Origin: Macrostomum lignano
Lineage: Eukaryota
Assembly: GCA_002269645.1 (NCBI GenBank)
Contig: NIVC01002467.1
Coordinates: 62,001 to 126,000 of the forward strand
Direction of reading: 5' to 3'
DNA length: 64,000 bases
Shown: positions 61,740 to 64,000 of the stretch, piece after piece
Position numbering within the stretch: the stretch's first letter is position 1
How the letters are laid out: every line of letters begins with the position of its first letter
The notes under the pieces: model-generated
What the model was told of the DNA's origin: nothing
The model's database searches: none
What the model saw: only the letters and a program-made list of their open reading frames with translations
Position numbers and translations under genes: made by a program

Positions 61740-62888
61740 TCAGTGCTGCACTTTCATCTGCACCATCTCCAGTTTCACGCCGGTTTCGCATTTCACTAAT
61801 CCGTTGTCCTCCCTGTCCGGGCTGTTAGCATCCGTTGCCATGGTAGCGGGGGCCGCTAGTAGCCGAGCCTCAGCAGCCGGAGCCTCATCGGCCGAATCTT
61901 CCTCATGAATGCAAACTTTACCCTGGCGAATGGACTGTCGATGATTTGCTTCTAGGAGAGGCCTGCGCTGCCGTTGCTGGTTCGCAAAATTTTGAGGCAC
62001 CGTCGGCTGTCGGTTGCCGTTGGCCTGACTTCTGCTGCAGCATTGGCTGGAATTCAGCAACAACCGTCAGTGAAGTTTGGTTTTCTTCCCTCTCCGTCTC
62101 TCCCTCTCCGCCTCTCCGTCTCTCCCTCTCCGTCTCTCCCTCTCCGCCTCTCCGTCTCTCCCTCTCCGTCTCTCCCTCTCCGCCTCTCCGTCTCTCCCTC
62201 TCCGTCTCTCCCTCTCCGCCTCTCCGTCTCTCCCTCTCCGTCTCTCCCTCTCCGTCTCTCCCTCTCCGTCTCTCCCTCTCCGCCTCTCCGTCTCTCCCTC
62301 TCCATGTCTCCCTCTCCATCTCTACATCTCTGTCTCTCCTTCTCCGTCTCTCTCTACATCTACATCTCTACATCTCCGTCTCTGTCCCTCTCCGTGTCTC
62401 CCTCTCAATCTCTACATCTCCGTCTCTGTCCCTCTCCGTGTCTCCCTCTCAATCTCTACATCTCCGTCTGTCCCTTTCCGTCTCCCCTACCCGTCTCTGC
62501 CCTCTCCGTCTCTCATCTCCGTCTCTCCCTCTCTGTCTCCCCTCTCCGTCTCTACCTCTGAATCTCTCCCTCTCCGTCCCTTCCTCTCCGTCTCTCCCCC
62601 CTGTCCTTCGCCTCTCCTTCTCCGTACTCACTTATAATTGAAGATGAAAAAAATGATTGGATTGGCTGCTGAATTCAGTGTGCCGAGCGTCTGCAATTGA
62701 TTAATTTATTAAAGCGCGCTTGCCTCAGATTGTACCGGGACAAAAAAGCAAATCATGTCAATTGAATATATTAACACTGCACACAATGTTTACCTGAATC
62801 AGCGCCTTTGAGTAGATCGACAATCGGGCCACGTGATAGATGTCGAGAAAATTACCAACAGTATATGGTAGCCAGCATAGGATGAATA
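61740..62888 (-). CDS. 3' part (TM6, TM7, C-tail) of a class A neuropeptide GPCR, NPS/CCAP/vasopressin-type; 5' exons lie upstream of 62888, probably beyond the window
   Basis: Exons 62888-62794, 62690-62632 and 62046-61740 join in phase and give FILCWLPYTVGNFLDIYHVARLSIYSKALIQ|TLGTLNSAANPIIFFIFNY(N)QCC.... This contains the CWxP motif and NSAANP, recalled as typical of CCAP/NPS receptors. The supplied ORF track shows only the last exon. Confidence 0.85.
62088..62625. repeat. CT-rich low-complexity minisatellite (CTCTCCGTCTCTCC) in a GPCR intron
   Basis: Directly visible. Confidence 0.9.
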
Positions 62889-63244
62889 CTGAAACAGAAT
62901 TTCGATTCCTTGTATACCCGTATATTGGTAATTATCTGATCGTTAACCTCAGCCAACAGACAAATAGGCGCAATAATGATAACAGTAATAATGATAATAA
63001 TAATAATAAATAGTAATAATTTTTGTAGTGTAATACTAATAATGATAATAACTATTCTAATTAACAAACTACAAGTAATAGTTGTGTCGCCACTTTCTTA
63101 TAGTCATCATCTAATCTAATCTATTCAGTTGATATGCCCTCGTCTCCGCTACCTTTGTTTTCTCTCCCTCACTGTCCAGTACAGTTTATATATATATATC
63201 TCTCTCGCTGCCTTCTGATTGGCTCTTGAACCTCGGCTCGTCCC

Positions 63245-64000
63245 TTAGCCACGCACTCCACCCCTCCTTTTCTTATCTGCACTGAACCCCCCCCTCTTCA
63301 ACCTCACCTTTTCCCTCAGCCACGCACTCCACCCCTCCTTTTCCTATCTGCACTGAACCCCCCCCTCTTCAACTCCCCCCCTCTTCAACTCCCCCCCTCT
63401 TCAACCTCACCTTTTCCCTCAGCCACGCACTCCACCCCTCCTTTTCCTATCTGCACTGAACCCCCCCCCTCTTCAACCTCACCTTTTCCCTCAGCCACGC
63501 ACTCCACCCCTCCTTTTCCTATCTGCACTGAACCCCCCCCTCTTCAACTCCCCCCCTCTTCAACCTCACCTTTTCCCTCAGCCACGCACTCCACCCCTCC
63601 TTTTCCTATCTGCACTGAACCCCCCCTCTTCAACTCCCCCCCTCTTCAACCTCACCTTTTCCCTCAGCCACGCACTCCACCCCTCCTTTTCCTATCTGCA
63701 CTGAACCCCCCCCCTCTTCAACTCCCCCCCTCTTCAACCTCACCTTTTCCCTCAGCCACGCACTCCACCCCTCCTTTTCCTATCTGCACTGAACCCCCCC
63801 CCTCTTCAACCTCACCTTTTCCCTCAGCCACGCACTCCACCCCTCCTTTTCCTATCTGCACTGAACCCCCCCCCTCTTCAACCCCCCCTCTTCAACCCCC
63901 CCCTCTTCAACCTCACCTTTTCCCTCAGCCACGCACTCCACCCCTCCTTTTCCTATCTGCACTGAACCCCCCCCCTCTTCAACCTCACCTTTTCCCTCAG
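63245..64000. repeat. ~72-bp C-rich minisatellite with optional 15-bp sub-duplication, running off the right edge
   Basis: Directly visible tandem copies. Confidence 0.92.

Overview
Repeat-dense metazoan genomic DNA: GC-rich exons lie in AT-rich DNA and most introns are filled with minisatellites. Tandem arrays cover roughly 40-45% of the window by my rough sum of array coordinates. The architecture resembles the flatworm Macrostomum, but that is inference only. Host genes reconstructed by hand from in-phase splice sites: (1) an orphan two-exon gene (+, 1322-3424); (2) a tincar-like multi-pass membrane protein (-, 4 exons, 44130-30375); (3) COG4 (-, 6 exons, 55519-48984, with one homopolymer frameshift); (4) AKTIP/FTS (+, 2 exons, 58003-59502), head-to-head with COG4; (5) the last three exons of an NPS/CCAP-like class A GPCR (-, 62888-61740). 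Mobile DNA: a full-length Ty3/gypsy element (10011-25391, TSD CTAT) with gag, a -1 frameshift site, pol and a non-env third ORF. Its 5' LTR is split by a 6.7-kb non-autonomous Helitron that carries telomeric repeats and a higher-order satellite. A solo LTR of the same family lies at 387-1096 (TSD CTTG). The most striking observation is tincar intron 3: it consists of a 298-bp tRNA-derived SINE-like insertion plus one copy of its 13-bp target-site duplication (CAG|GTTCGGCGAG), so splicing would remove the insertion exactly. This looks like intron gain by a SINE. No database searches were run; family calls rest on recalled motifs.
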